From contig NIVC01002374.1 in NCBI GenBank assembly GCA_002269645.1, forward strand, positions 62,001 through 126,000: a stretch of DNA of 64,000 nt. The letters run 5' to 3'. The position numbers were made by a program, and so were the translations under genes. The notes beneath the pieces were generated by a model. That model did no database searches. It was given only the letters and a program-made list of their open reading frames with translations, and was not told where the DNA came from. Below are positions 63,538 through 64,000 of the stretch, one piece after another; positions within the stretch are counted from its first letter, which is position 1; each line of letters opens with the position of its first letter. The stretch is from Macrostomum lignano (Eukaryota).

Positions 63538-64000
63538 GTCTTTCTCTCTTATCTCTTCTCCTCTCTCTACTCTCTCCCCTCTCCATTCTCCCCTTTCCTC
63601 TCCCCTCTCCTCACTCACTTCTCTACCTTTGTCTCTCCTCTCTCCTCTCGTCTCTGTAACCTCTCCTCTGTTCTCTCTACTTTCCCATCTTTTATCTGTT
63701 CACTCTCGTCTCTGCTCTCTCATCCCCCTCTTTAATCTGGCATCTCTGTCTTATATGTTCTCTCACCTCTCTCCTCTGTACTCTTTTCTTTCCCCTCTTT
63801 TGACTCCTCACTTTCCTTTCTCCTTTCTTCTTTTCTCTTCTCTTCCCTTTTCTATACTCTGTCTCCCTCTCTTCTCTCACTCCACTCTCCTCTATCCGTT
63901 ATCTCTCATCTCTCCTTCCACCTCTCATCTCTACAACCTTAGAGATGTAGAGATGTATCTTTATCTCTTCTCTCTTCCCTGTACTCTCTCATCTCTTCTT
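62985..64000. repeat. Polypyrimidine low-complexity tract including pure (CT)n
   Basis: Direct observation; source of the S/L-rich and E/R-rich ORFs. Confidence 0.95.

Noticed and set aside
62874-63880. 261-aa S/L-rich and E/R-rich ORFs
   Set aside because: Low-complexity CT tract with no domain or splice support.

Overview
Eukaryotic (metazoan) genomic DNA with GT-AG introns and no prokaryotic features. The style (GC-rich exons packed between private 13-80 bp minisatellites, GACA/CTCCT microsatellites) suggests a flatworm such as Macrostomum; this is inference, not shown by the sequence. Genes I could reconstruct by hand with consistent splice phases: a cyclin-box gene (minus, runs off the left edge), RNA pol III subunit RPC9/CRCP (7450-7842 +), dynein light chain roadblock (10791-11144 +), a 5-exon 391-aa pantothenate-kinase-like gene lacking its catalytic motifs (13204-18548 -), a 6-exon 762-aa NR1-type nuclear receptor (21005-35093 -) and an orphan single-pass acidic membrane protein (50635-51276 +). 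Mobile DNA: a Merlin/IS1595-like element with 84-bp TIRs and 8-bp TSD, a hAT-like MITE, a non-autonomous Helitron keeping an STPR-repeat ORF plus other Helitron ends, a non-LTR RNase H fragment, two tRNA-SINEs and a foldback element. About 30 tandem arrays fill introns and flank exons, and most long ORFs in the track are artefacts of these. The most unusual signals: (i) arrays whose unit is itself a GT..AG micro-intron joined by consensus CAG|GTGAG junctions (52070-52740, 57094-57691); (ii) a 24-bp array that behaves like a coding exon for an 8-residue-repeat protein (40614-42490); (iii) a Cys-to-Leu change in zinc finger 2 of the nuclear receptor; (iv) a probable pseudo-PanK; (v) recurrent CpA/TpG-to-TpA changes among repeat copies. 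All family assignments come from recalled motifs, not database searches.
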